DNA of 61,533 nucleotides, counting the filler, from Corallochytrium limacisporum Hawaii (lineage: Eukaryota > Protista > Pluriformea), in NCBI GenBank assembly GCA_002811645.1. It is 3 parts of 3 records of this genome, joined end to end, with 100 filler letters (N's around TTAATTAATTAA, not from the genome) between each part and the next. Parts side by side here need not be neighbours in the genome. Positions count along the whole stretch, not along the records: positions 1 to 29,908 come from PDIP01000120.1; 2 more parts are not named here. The stretch is one strand, 5' to 3'. The position numbers and the translations under genes were made by a program. Below are positions 10,302 through 21,630 of this stretch, piece by piece (positions within the stretch are counted from its first letter, which is position 1; each line of letters opens with the position of its first letter). Below the pieces are notes generated by a model. It had not been told where the DNA came from. It saw nothing but the letters and a program-made list of their open reading frames with translations, and did no database searches.

Positions 10302-12859
10302 ATCGGGCACCAATCCTAAGATCTTCAAGTTCCCTTCATTCTCTTCGTGATGATATTACTACAAATCTCGGGTTTGGTTTGGAAACATTCCTTTACCATC
10401 GTCTCACATCGATGTTGTCTGTCAGCAACCGTTTGGCAGCGTACAATCAAGTTGTACCTTTGCAGACTCCGTCCCTACGCAGTGGCTCATTCTGGTCCCC
10501 TCCCTTCGCGCGGTTTTCTCTTGTTCGGGACACCCTCCCCGTTCCCGACCTGCTCGATTATTGATTTGTGAGTTACGGTTCGGCACCCGACATTACGCCG
10601 CTAGTCGTGCTCTTCCTGGTATCCTGCAGGGACTCGCATTCTCTGCCCGTCCCCGTCTACGACTTGCATTCTTGGACAAGTAGTCCGGACGCACCAACGG
10701 TGCCTGTCAGTCACTGTCCACAGTCTAATCCGACGATACTGCAAGTCAGCGAACTCAATATGTGAAACAATTCGGATGCCGGACAGGAGGCGCCGGGTTT
10801 TCACTTGAAACGCCACTCCTGCCAGGACCCGTACTGTCAAGATTAAATTCTTACGCCCGCTCTCGCCAGAACAAATCTCCCTGTGGAAGCACACACCCTT
10901 TTCTGCGAACGACTACCCTGGATCGAAGCAAAGAAAGAAAGATGTTGGTGCTCGACCATTCGGCTGCGGAGTATTCGGAGCACTCATGAGCACACCCTCA
11001 CTGCAGAAGTTGTGCTGAGAGTCCCATTAACTGTGACGACCACACACACCCACAATGTAAATGGATCTGTCAGTGCAGGTATACCCTGCTGACTCACTGA
11101 CTTGTTGTTTCCAAGAGCGCACTCTCTACCGGGGGAACTGGGTATCAGCCTCATATAGTGAATGAACGGGCTGGGCACGGGCGAAACCATCGGTTGAGGA
11201 TTGCCGCCCCACAAAAGAACCAAAGGACATTGGAGGCGGAGCGAACTGGCCTGCTCCTGGGACACGCGGAATCCAAGCGAACACCCCTCCCTCGCTCCCC
11301 AAAATGCGTGTCCTCGGACGATCGACAACGATGAAAAAAAATTCACAGAGTGCGGATCAGCACACACTATGAAGAGACTTGCCGTTCAGTCTGCTGACTC
11401 AACCAACCCCCCTCATTACGGTCCCTAGAGGCCCCGAAAGGGGAGGGCCCCGCGGGGGGGGGGGAGGGGACGTTGGGTTGGTGGGGCAGGAGAGTAGCTT
11501 CACTCTTGGATAGAGCGCGGATGGTGTGACCCCAGCCCAGCCGTGGAATGGTCGCATGGCCGTACAAGAGTTTCGCAGAAACACTCCGGTAGACACCGCA
11601 GGGAGTGTGCTGTGCCAGGGCGAATTCGACCTCGGAAGGCTTGGGCCAGCTCCTATGATAAACGTATACGGCTTGCAGAGCAAACTTTCATCAAAGGCGG
11701 TAGGACGAGGAAGCATGTGTTCCGTGGGCGAACAGAGCTCGGGGTCCCTTCCTTATCTGTGTTCGGTGGCCCTTCTGGCACATAAGGGGTGTGCAACATT
11801 CTGTACTCAACAGGAACAGAGTCACCACAGTTGGTAGAGCTACCAGGCAACCTGGTAGTATCACTATTATCGTGTTACCATCGGTCCCGGCCTGACCCTC
11901 GTTGGTGGTCATGAATAAATCTTAGGAAATCCCAGATGGGGCTCACAATTTGTCATGCACGAGCTGCTTGCTGCGATTTGTTCAGTATGGCCTGATTGTG
12001 TAGAAAATTTTGGGCATGACTATCTGCACAAGAGTGAATTTCAAATTCCTTTCCACTCTTCTCCTTTTGTTCGGCGGCAGGTCAAGGACTGAAGTCTCTC
12101 CTGTCAAATATGTGGTTTCCTCTGAAACTTTACCGTACACTGTGCACCAATCTGACTGAGATGGACGAATGGACAATACCCGGTTCATCGCAAGCAGCCT
12201 GTAACCCAAGAGAATTTAAAGTGTGGAGTCAAGTGCTGGAATCGTATGAGGTAGACCTGCCTATCCCCAGTGTGCTCTGTCTGGTTTCCCCTCCAATTGG
12301 GCGGCGCAAGAGGAACAAACCCGGGATTGGGAAGAAAAAGAGGGCGTGGAAGAGCAGCGGGGATTACCTACAGTATGCGTATGCAAAACTCAACCCACCT
12401 CTACAAAGGAGAGAGGGCCCCGGGGGGGGGGGAAGAGGAGGATCCGAATTGGCTTAATTGCTTGCTTTGCACACGGTGGAAGTCCTCTGCTCCCATTGCC
12501 GTACTGGATGAATTGTGCTGACTTCTCTGCGGGCCTTCCCAATCTATATTCTGTGGTCTGTTGGTACCATCAGAGCCGGGCGAAGGAGGGGGATTCCGCC
12601 CACTTGGACCGACAGATCGCGGGCGACGATGGAAACAACACCGGTCTAGTCTGTCACTTGCGAAGACTCGGCGTACCTCCGCAATGTGCTGAGCTATGCC
12701 CTCGGCCAACGGTCAAGGGAAATTTGGGAACACTATGATGTATAGTGTTCAAATCGATATTGGCTAGTTGAGGCGTCTAACTTGAGATGGTGTAACGTAT
12801 GTACAATTAGAGAACCCCGCCGTATTTTCTCAAGTCAATATCAGGAAGCTGGCTTCAAG

Positions 12860-15800
12860 ATGGCGAAAGAGAATGGTAAGAACAACCGAGGCTTCTTTTC
12901 GAAGCTCGGTAAGAGACGGTCTCGTGACCAGGTGACAGTGGAGAGTCCAAGATCGACGGCAGAGTCAAGGGGGACCCTAGGAGCGACGCCAATGACTCCC
13001 ACAGGAGCGGAAGTACACGTCGACGAAGACAACATTCATTCCAGTGTTTTCGCCAGCGAGTCACAGATCCACGATATACTGCAGCAAGACGGAGAATACG
13101 CAGGGGCTGCTGTGAGTGACAATGGCTCTACCTTCGAAGAAGACCGAGTGCAAAGAGAGGTGGACCCTGATGAAACAGTAGGCACCAATCCAACCATAGA
13201 CCTGACTTCACCTGACGAATTAGAGGCACCCGTGAGAACCCCATCCCCAACTTCAGTTAAGCGAAATGGCAGGGGAAGGTCAGACACCGGTCGACGGTCA
13301 CCTAGAGGCCATAATAAGAAGGTTAGGCCCCCAGTCGTCGGCATTTTGCAACTGTACGTGGGTGATGGGTTTGACCTGGTCGCTGCAGACGCAAACGGAT
13401 ACTCTGACCCCTTCTGCAAGATTAAATTCCAGGATCAGAAAAAGTACACGCAGGTGAAGAAGATGACCTTAGCTCCACAGTGGAGTGAGAATTTCTTCTT
13501 CAATGTCTACGAAGGTGAGAGTACTACTGTTCACATTACAGTGTATGATAAGGACAGGGTCGGTCGCGATTTTCTCGGCGAATGCAGCTTTGATGCAGAG
13601 TCTGGTGACAAAGCTATCAGCAGTACGTTGATTCTTGAAAATATAACTAAGGGAAGAATCACCGTGAAGAGCTACATTCACCGAGAAAATGAGTATATCC
13701 AGAAGTTTGGGCCCCTGGTCGAAAGCGGCATTACTGACAAAGAGGCCAAGGCTGCAGCCTCCACCACGGATTTCAAGGCATGGCTTACTGTGGATATCAT
13801 TCGCGGAGTGGACTTGGCAGCTCGCGATAAGAGTGGCAAGAGTGATCCCTACGTAAAAATCAAGGCCGGGCCATACAATGCTCGAACGAAATTTATTCCT
13901 GCCAATCTAGATCCTGTGTGGCAAGAGCGGCTCCATTTGCCTGTAATTTTGGTCAGTAATCCGCTCTACCTGCAAGTTGTTGACTATGATGTTACGGGAA
14001 ATCATGATAATATGGGTCATGCCATGATCCTGGTCCGCAAGCTACGACCAGGAACAACATATCACATGCGAGTTCCTCTTCTCAATGTGGAAAGGGGATT
14101 GTTGGAGTTCACTGTGACGTTAAACGGCGACCTTAACGTCGCTGGTGGACTTGAACAAGACATAAACCAGATCCACAAACTCGTAGATATGTGTGGAAAG
14201 GGGGTAACTGTGTCGCAGGCGATACGGCGGGACGACAAAGGCCGGGTTCGTCGTGCGATGGATGCAACCGGATCGTCCATGACTGGTAATTTTGCTGGAC
14301 AACAGAGCTCTCTTGCATTATCTGTGGATGACACAGAAGTACGGCTTGAGCCACAGCCTTTGGCGAAACAGGATACACTCGCGGACTTGAAGCCACTAAG
14401 CCAAGATGACGATGTTATTGAATGGCCTGATCCGGAACCTGCAACAGAAACAATTCTTGGTTCTGGAAGCCATGAAGCTTCCACGGTGCCGCCAACGCTT
14501 TCAGACGATGAGGATGAACAAAAGACACCTCTGGTTATTACCGGCCTGGGTGAGGCTTTCACAAAGGAGGTTGAGATGGCTAGAACTCCAGAGCAAATCG
14601 CCAAGATTCGCTACAGAGAAGCTCACGCTCCGTTGCTTTCCAAGAAGAGATTCCAACGCCTCACCACCATGAGCCGGCCCATGGGAATGCTACGCACCAG
14701 GATCCTCGGCTTTCAGGTTCCCGCGCGGTTTCAAGCAAAAGCTTTTGTATCGGTCGACCTGGGCAAGGCACATCGTCGCACAAGTGAATACGGAAAGCGC
14801 CCGGCTGGAGGTGGTTGGAATGAAACTCTGTTTATACCAATGACGGATCTGTATGACGTCTTCCACCTTCGAGTGATGTGGCATGATTTGCAGAAGACCA
14901 CGCAGGGACACCACACACACCTTATTGGTCAACTTAAGATTCCTGTAAATTTGCTGGCGAATGGTGTACGCAAGTTTGTTCTCAAGGATGAGACTATGAT
15001 GAAGACTTTGCCTGACATGTCAATTACGATTCGTGTCCAGAAGGATCTTGATGACTTGGCCGGCTTTACACGATCAATGGTACCAAAATCTCCTCCATTG
15101 ATGGACAAGCCAGATCGGTTCAAGTTGGCGCTTTTGAAACGCAACACGGCCAGGGTTTCCTCTGTGATCAACGGCTTCAAGGACACGTGGGCGGCTGTGA
15201 AGGATCTCTGGGCGTGGAAAGATCACCGGAGATCAATCATCTCTCTAGCCCTCTTTGAGTTTTTCTTCTTGTTCTTTAGGATGTGGTTTGTTCCTGCAGC
15301 AATGGTGATTTTCATGGCTTACACGGGCAAGCAAATTCTAATGACCAAGAATACTTGCCAGATCCAGTGTTGCATGGAGTCACTCCGAGCCCGGCAGAGT
15401 GTCGTGGACGTGGACACGCAGGACTCTCTGGACAGTGCTTCACAAGATGAGTCTACTACGGAAGACCCCGGAGATTTCAGGAGCGAAGACAGTGAATCAA
15501 CACCTACTATAACCGAATCGACCACAAAGGTTATGACCATCAGTAAGTTCTCCAAGAACGCCAAAAAGTTTGGCAACAATGTTAATGTAGGCAAGCAGAT
15601 TTCAACAAGATTGCAGAAAATGGAATCTGTTTTGTATCGGATGCAGACTCTTATGGACCAACTTGCAGGTTTCTGCGAACGCATCAAGAACATCGTACTG
15701 TTCACAAATCGTGAACTGTCCCTGCACTTCATGCTATGGCTGTCCATTGCGACCATTGTGCTCATGTTCATCCCACTCAACTACCTGATTGCTCTCTGGG

Positions 15801-16258
15801 GTGCGAACAAATGGACCAAGTACTGGAGAAAGAGAAGGAAGGATGGAACTCATGTCCTAAAGTCAAGTCCAAATCGTTTGCTGCACTTCATTATGCGGTC
15901 GATGACAGATATTGAGGTGGTTCAGTTCGCGAAGGAACTTGATCAGACGATGCCGGCTCCGCCCGGTTTGGGAATCGGACTCGCCAAAGTCAGAGAGGAT
16001 GATGAATTGGAACTGCCTGGCCTTGAAGTGGAGGAGGTACCTCTTGAAGAGGGAAAATGGGCATCGCAAGAAAGCATGCGGAGCAATACGTCCACTTCAA
16101 GCAAACCTGCCCGTGGTAATCTCTTCCATCGTATCCATCAAAGACATCAACAGAAGCGTCAAGACCAGGAGGTAAAGAAGAATGCTTCGAAAGAAGCAAA
16201 GCGTCTCAGTGCTGAAATGAACTCACTTGAGGCTCCCAAGACCGTCAAGGCTGAATAA
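12860..16258 (+). CDS. MCTP: Multiple C2 and transmembrane domain protein (MCTP-like)
   Basis: First ATG at 12860. Two canonical Ca-binding C2 domains (DLVAADANGYSDPFC...YDKDRVGRDFLG; DLAARDKSGKSDPYV...VDYDVTGNHDNMG), a third degenerate C2, then two hydrophobic segments ending FIPLNYLIALWGANKWTK. Confidence 0.85.
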   Translation: MAKENGKNNRGFFSKLGKRRSRDQVTVESPRSTAESRGTLGATPMTPTGAEVHVDEDNIHSSVFASESQIHDILQQDGEYAGAAVSDNGSTFEEDRVQREVDPDETVGTNPTIDLTSPDELEAPVRTPSPTSVKRNGRGRSDTGRRSPRGHNKKVRPPVVGILQLYVGDGFDLVAADANGYSDPFCKIKFQDQKKYTQVKKMTLAPQWSENFFFNVYEGESTTVHITVYDKDRVGRDFLGECSFDAESGDKAISSTLILENITKGRITVKSYIHRENEYIQKFGPLVESGITDKEAKAAASTTDFKAWLTVDIIRGVDLAARDKSGKSDPYVKIKAGPYNARTKFIPANLDPVWQERLHLPVILVSNPLYLQVVDYDVTGNHDNMGHAMILVRKLRPGTTYHMRVPLLNVERGLLEFTVTLNGDLNVAGGLEQDINQIHKLVDMCGKGVTVSQAIRRDDKGRVRRAMDATGSSMTGNFAGQQSSLALSVDDTEVRLEPQPLAKQDTLADLKPLSQDDDVIEWPDPEPATETILGSGSHEASTVPPTLSDDEDEQKTPLVITGLGEAFTKEVEMARTPEQIAKIRYREAHAPLLSKKRFQRLTTMSRPMGMLRTRILGFQVPARFQAKAFVSVDLGKAHRRTSEYGKRPAGGGWNETLFIPMTDLYDVFHLRVMWHDLQKTTQGHHTHLIGQLKIPVNLLANGVRKFVLKDETMMKTLPDMSITIRVQKDLDDLAGFTRSMVPKSPPLMDKPDRFKLALLKRNTARVSSVINGFKDTWAAVKDLWAWKDHRRSIISLALFEFFFLFFRMWFVPAAMVIFMAYTGKQILMTKNTCQIQCCMESLRARQSVVDVDTQDSLDSASQDESTTEDPGDFRSEDSESTPTITESTTKVMTISKFSKNAKKFGNNVNVGKQISTRLQKMESVLYRMQTLMDQLAGFCERIKNIVLFTNRELSLHFMLWLSIATIVLMFIPLNYLIALWGANKWTKYWRKRRKDGTHVLKSSPNRLLHFIMRSMTDIEVVQFAKELDQTMPAPPGLGIGLAKVREDDELELPGLEVEEVPLEEGKWASQESMRSNTSTSSKPARGNLFHRIHQRHQQKRQDQEVKKNASKEAKRLSAEMNSLEAPKTVKAE

Positions 16259-16343
16259 ACCAACTCGGCAGATTCAATAGTTATGCTCGTAGTGTTTTGT
16301 TTCTTGTTTCATGAGAAAAGAGTGATTTTGCGCCTTTATGCCC

Positions 16344-17615
16344 TTAGCCGAGGCCATAAATGTAGTCGCCCAGCTCCCTGCGCGCCTCCGGCGAAAGCTG
16401 TGCAATAATATTCTTCAGTTTACGGACGTCGTGTGATTCAATAAAGGTTGAGAAATAGACATAGACGAACGTGGCCATCAGGAATTGACAGTCAAACCGA
16501 TCGGTCACACCACCGTGTCCTGGAATCAATGTACCGAAGTCCTTCACCTGGAAGGCACGCTTAAACCCGGATGCAAAGAAACCACCAAAAGGTGCAATGA
16601 TGGATGCAAACAAAGCAAATATGAAGGCGTGGATCTGCGCAGGCATCAGGGTCACGGTTTTCATACCACCAGCAACTACTTGCAGGTCCTCAGGTATGTG
16701 ATACTCCTGCCAGTGGAACTGCTCAGGTGGGTTGCATCCGTAGTCCCGCATCACGAAGGGTTCAAGGCTCAGTTCTTTCTCGGGGCAAGTGAAAAATTCG
16801 TATTGTCCGAGGAAAGTTGAAAGCATGACGCTGAAAATCAGAGTAAGGAAAAATGCACCTACAAATCCCTCTACTGTCTTTTTGGGAGACAACTTCCACA
16901 GCTGTGTACGCCCGAAGAAGAACCCACAGAAGTATGCTGTCACGTCATTGCAAATGACCAGGAATGCCGGAGTAATGAACCAAAAGAGTCCCGCAAAGAT
17001 ATTGTAAACGACAAATGTGGCTTGCACACAGATCAGCAGCACAAACAAATGTGTCCATGCAAACTGCTGGAACTGTTTCTTGAGGCTCCACTTCTCCAGA
17101 CTGGCCACAAACCACACAAAGCCAGCCATGTACAGGCACATTGAAACGAATCTGTGGTGCGAAATCAGCCATCTAAACAATTCACTAGTCCGTTTAGAGT
17201 CAGTCAGCTGTGCAGCAAAGTTTCGCAGCAAACTCTCACCGTACAAAAAGTAGTTGGCGGTCAAGACGAAATACCAGTTCAATGACCGGTACCAGGCCAT
17301 TCGATCATCTGCACTCTGTTTGAAGCCAATGCTGATGATTTCCTGGTAACAGATCATGACCAAAATGATAACCAAAATACTCAAATACAGTGGTCCAAGA
17401 GCAACAAGGACACCAAGGGCTCCTGTCATAGCAAATGACAGCCCAGCACGGACTGCCATATTCTTCCATTTCGAGCTACCGGTCTGCTCTACCAAAAGTT
17501 TGTTCTTGTCATCATCTGCCTGAACCTTTTCGGGTGTACCCTTGCCGTTTGCAGCACCTGCGCCCTTTCCGGCGCGACGAGTTGGTGCCATGGTTCCTGA
17601 TTGTCCGTTTTCCAT
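16344..17615 (-). CDS. CDS1: Phosphatidate cytidylyltransferase (CDP-diacylglycerol synthase)
   Basis: Multi-TM ORF with LSPKKTVEGFVG and SGFKRAFQVKDFGTLIPGHGGVTDRFDCQ signatures; first ATG at 17615. Confidence 0.95.
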   Translation of the reverse strand: MENGQSGTMAPTRRAGKGAGAANGKGTPEKVQADDDKNKLLVEQTGSSKWKNMAVRAGLSFAMTGALGVLVALGPLYLSILVIILVMICYQEIISIGFKQSADDRMAWYRSLNWYFVLTANYFLYGESLLRNFAAQLTDSKRTSELFRWLISHHRFVSMCLYMAGFVWFVASLEKWSLKKQFQQFAWTHLFVLLICVQATFVVYNIFAGLFWFITPAFLVICNDVTAYFCGFFFGRTQLWKLSPKKTVEGFVGAFFLTLIFSVMLSTFLGQYEFFTCPEKELSLEPFVMRDYGCNPPEQFHWQEYHIPEDLQVVAGGMKTVTLMPAQIHAFIFALFASIIAPFGGFFASGFKRAFQVKDFGTLIPGHGGVTDRFDCQFLMATFVYVYFSTFIESHDVRKLKNIIAQLSPEARRELGDYIYGLG

Positions 17616-18741
17616 ACCAGGTCCTGAGTACACTGAAAGTCGCTAAGCTCTATAATTTTCATGGCCATGCACGCATCCAAATACCTGGTCCGACCACGGG
17701 ATGCAAACGTCGCCGAACCAGTTCGTCGAGAGTAGATTGTGGTCCCTCGGGGGGACACTACCCCGTACCTAGGTGTCCAAACACTGCAAGTGGTTCCGTT
17801 CGGTGTTCCACTCTGTTCAGTTACACTCGTCTTTATTGACATCACGCGTTTCCCGCCGTTGGCGGTGACGACTACAAAGTTCGAGTTCTGCCACTATGCG
17901 GTGAGCGCTTCTTCCTTTTTCGCTCAGACTGCTGCTTAGCAGAAATGTGCCAAGGGGTCAACAGTCATCAATACTGCACTGACAGCCACTCCACACCACT
18001 GAGGGCTGAATCTGTCTACCCCATGTTCTCCCAGTCTTATCCCCATTCGTTGCCTTCCAAACCCTGGCTATAATTTCACTAGCAGACCGGTGCCGGCTAC
18101 TGCTGGCGATCGAACCCTAATACTTCCCCCCCCCCCTGGGTCTGTCGAACCTTATCGACACCTGGTTCAGAGGTTTTTCCCCATATTGAATGAACTGTGG
18201 TGGCTCCTAAACAAAAACAAAATGGCTAGTGTTGAACCTACCAAGGGGCTGCCAAACACCAACTCCCCCTCGTTTCCCTCCTTCCTGCCTTTCCGCAGGC
18301 AAAGTCTCGGTCTGGCAGTCCATTTTTTGGCCCGAGGGACACTTGTAGCTGTCTCTCCACCGGCACACATTAAAATATTGATTTATAGTGCATCGTGATA
18401 TTTCTTTGTGGCGAGGGATTGGAAATCACTCTCTATATGATCAATTTTGAATGCTCAACCCAAGACCGGGGCTACCGCTGGGGTCTCCAGGAATGGCGGT
18501 GGTTGACCGGTTGGCAGATGGTGTGGGCGACCATACGGGGACACTATGTTGTGTGTTCAGCTCCACTCTTCGGTTTCCGTTGATTCCTCTAGTTGTCAAA
18601 AGGACAAACTTTGCTGGTGAAGATACGGGGCCCGTGCCTGCTTAGGTACTAGTAATGGATTAGGATACAGGGTAACATATGGACGTACAAGATCAGCGCA
18701 CATGACCCACAATACAGTACTGGCTACCGCGGAATAGAGTG

Positions 18742-19941
18742 ATGACTGGTCCCGAAATCCCCGTCCAAGCCGGGCGTGGAGAGGAAACAACGGGTAGGCC
18801 CAATGGTGACACTGATGAGTTTTCATCACGTACTCAAGAAGCGTCAGCACACTCATATTTCCACTATTATGGAATGCTGTCACAGCAACAGAACATGATG
18901 CAGGACCTTGTTCGGACAGGTGCCTACCGAAATGCTGTGATGGGAAACAAGATTGATTTTGCAGGAAAAACAGTGATGGATATTGGAGCGGGCTCTGGTC
19001 TTCTGTCTTTTTTTGCTGTGCAGGCTGGTGCAAAAAAAGTATACGCTGTGGAAGCAAGCAACATCGCCCAGTTGATAAAGAAATTGGTGGTTTGCAATGG
19101 CTGGACTGATCGCGTTGAAGTGATTCATTCAAAAGTAGAAACCATGAAATTCGATGGACAAGTAGATGTTCTCATCTCTGAACCCATGGGTGTCTTATTA
19201 GTTAATGAAAGGATGCTGGAGTCCTACATTTATGCAAGACAATGGCTGCATTCAACAGGAAAGATGTATCCATCAAATGGTACAATATTCGTTTCCCCCT
19301 TTTCCGACCACTACTTGTTCTCGGAACTGACTATGAAAGCTGTGTTTTGGCAAAACACCTCATTTTTTGGAATCAATCTTTCTGGAGCGTACGAAGATGC
19401 AGTAAGGGAGTACACGATGATGCCAGTAATTGACACTTTCGATCCGTCCATACTCCTGGCACCGCCAGCTAGTCATCTAATCGATTTCATGACAGACAAT
19501 GCTTCAGATCTAGAAGAATTTGAGGTCCCTTTTGCCTTTAATATGAGTCGAAGCAGTCAAATTCACGGGCTTGCATGCTGGTTTAACGTAGATTTCTGCG
19601 GATCAACGCAGACCCATATCCTCTCGACGGCACCTGGTCAACCATTGACTCACTGGCATCAGTGTCGCTTGTGCTTCATGGATCCGGTATATGCATCAGA
19701 TGGACAAGTGGTATCAGGCACCTTGCGCTTTGTTGCACATGAGAGACAGAGCTACATTGTATATGTCACTGTGTCAACCGGGGATGGACAAGATCGTACG
19801 TACAAGTACGACCTGAAGGACCCGTACTATCGACAGAATCCAATGGCACCCATCGTTTCTGGTGGAGGGTCTGTAGATCTCAGTCCCAGTGTAAAGCAGC
19901 AAAGTTCCATGATGGACGTAAACGACGCTACTTCAGCTTGA
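18742..19941 (+). CDS. CARM1: Protein arginine methyltransferase CARM1/PRMT4 (catalytic core only)
   Basis: YFHYYGMLSQQQNMMQDLVRT, VMDIGAGSG, ISEPMG...NERMLESY double-E loop, THW loop (PLTHWHQ), DLKDPYYR. Confidence 0.92.
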   Translation: MTGPEIPVQAGRGEETTGRPNGDTDEFSSRTQEASAHSYFHYYGMLSQQQNMMQDLVRTGAYRNAVMGNKIDFAGKTVMDIGAGSGLLSFFAVQAGAKKVYAVEASNIAQLIKKLVVCNGWTDRVEVIHSKVETMKFDGQVDVLISEPMGVLLVNERMLESYIYARQWLHSTGKMYPSNGTIFVSPFSDHYLFSELTMKAVFWQNTSFFGINLSGAYEDAVREYTMMPVIDTFDPSILLAPPASHLIDFMTDNASDLEEFEVPFAFNMSRSSQIHGLACWFNVDFCGSTQTHILSTAPGQPLTHWHQCRLCFMDPVYASDGQVVSGTLRFVAHERQSYIVYVTVSTGDGQDRTYKYDLKDPYYRQNPMAPIVSGGGSVDLSPSVKQQSSMMDVNDATSA

Positions 19942-20809
19942 CCGGCGCTGTGATACGCTTTCCATTGACGTCGTATTTGACAAAAAAATCAGGGGCTGGA
20001 GTCGTACCCTTGACGACAGAGTACTGTTCCATATCAGTGATACCGCTTTCTTTTAGGATCTCGTCGTCAATGACGAATTGGCCCGTAAAAGTACCCTTCG
20101 TCTTGCTCAGTATAAGATATGCTGCGTCGGCCATGATCTCAGGCTTCCGGCACAGAGCCATGGCCTGCTCACCCCCACCTAACATGACCATTGCTGCGGT
20201 TGCAACCGCAGTGCGAGGCCACAAGCAGTTGATGTTTATACCGGCCTCGGCAAACTCATCAGACATAGCATGTGCATATAAAGTCATTCCATATTTAGCC
20301 AATGTATATGCCGGATGGGCACCGAACCAGAACTTATCAATGTCCAAGGGTGGCGAAATGTTCAGAATATGCGGGTGCTCTGACTCCAGAAGTCTTGGAA
20401 TACACGTCCTGGAACACAAAAAGGTTCCCCTAGCATTGACAGAATGCATCAGATCGTACCTCTTCATATCTGTTTGCAGAGTGGGCGTTAGAGAGATTGC
20501 ACTTGCGTTGTTAACCAGAATATCAATGCCTCCGAACTCCTTGCTTGCAGCCTGTACTGCGTTCTGCACACTACTCTCGTCCCGAACATCGCAAACAATT
20601 GGAAGAGCCTTCCCGCCAGCCTTCTCAATGTCATCTGCGGCAGTGAATATTGTTCCGGGCAATTTGGGATGTGGCTCAGCGGTCTTGGCTGCGATGACGA
20701 CATTGGCTCCGTCTGCAGCAGCCTTGAGCCCGATAGAGAGACCGATGCCTCGAGAGGCACCAGTAATGAACAGGGTCTTTCCCTTGAGGATCCCGGAGTT
20801 CAGCGCCAT
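19928..20809 (-). CDS. HSDL2: Short-chain dehydrogenase/reductase, HSDL2-like (no SCP2 domain)
   Basis: TGASRGIG, AAKTAEPHPKLPGTI, NNASAI, YTLAK catalytic motif, LWPRT, CRKPEIMADAAY, PDFFV. Confidence 0.88.
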   Translation of the reverse strand: MALNSGILKGKTLFITGASRGIGLSIGLKAAADGANVVIAAKTAEPHPKLPGTIFTAADDIEKAGGKALPIVCDVRDESSVQNAVQAASKEFGGIDILVNNASAISLTPTLQTDMKRYDLMHSVNARGTFLCSRTCIPRLLESEHPHILNISPPLDIDKFWFGAHPAYTLAKYGMTLYAHAMSDEFAEAGININCLWPRTAVATAAMVMLGGGEQAMALCRKPEIMADAAYLILSKTKGTFTGQFVIDDEILKESGITDMEQYSVVKGTTPAPDFFVKYDVNGKRITAPVKLK

Positions 20810-21630
20810 TTTCGCAATAAACCAAAACCTTTTGTATGAAGGATAACACTGGCACGCTTAGGATAGCACTGGTACGCTTCATATCCCTTCCCGTAATTTT
20901 TTGATACCTTCTCAAAGAAGGTGGAATCTGGGTCTACCTTCGTCATGTCGCACCCTGTTGAGGAACGCTAAATGACGCATTAACAGGACTGGCACTGGAA
21001 ATTGGGAGGCGGACCAAGGAAAGGAGGGGGAAGGACGAAGGGGGAGGGTGGGGGAAAAGCAAAAAGGAAGAGAATTGAGGGCTTTGAGATCGATGAAGCA
21101 GAAGGTCCCGTCTGCCCGCGTCCGAATGCGCACAAAGGGAAGCGAATGACCATGACCCGGATTGCGAACGCGCGGCATATGTCGGATCACCATAGCTTGG
21201 GCTTCCCGCGAAAAGTGCATAGTCACATGGATTAGGTCTGCATGGTGGTGGCATCCCAGACTAGCCAAAAGAGCCAGCTCAACGCAGACCAGAGTGCCCA
21301 AATCCAAAGGGTATCTCTCTTTACTGACAGAATGAACGGAACGATATCGAAGTGGCTTTATTCGGAACGGAAGACTTTGACGGCGAGGCAAAGCTGAGGC
21401 CAGCGTTCCAACTATCACTGAGAGGAGGGTCAGAAGCGAGGCCGAACCCAAAAAGGACCTCCCTCCGTACTTCTCACATTTTTCCTGGGTGCCAAGAGTC
21501 CCTTACTACGACCAATTTTTTGTCGGGTCTTGCCAAGAGCTACGCAAGAAATCAGCAGTTAATTTGCAGCGTTCCTGTTGACCTCGGAGGAGCGTATGGC
21601 TCCGGACACGGTTGCCAGGAGGGGTTCTGA

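Noticed and set aside
10560-11912. LRR-like (PSLQKL), Rossmann-like (FIIGAGPS) and WD-like (SSYDKRIRL) snippets
   Set aside because: Isolated motifs on conflicting strands with no colinear support.
19938-20846. 302-aa antisense ORF covering HSDL2
   Set aside because: Non-ATG start and codon-register mirror of the SDR gene; antisense open frames are a common by-product of codon bias. The same applies to most short ORFs nested in real genes.
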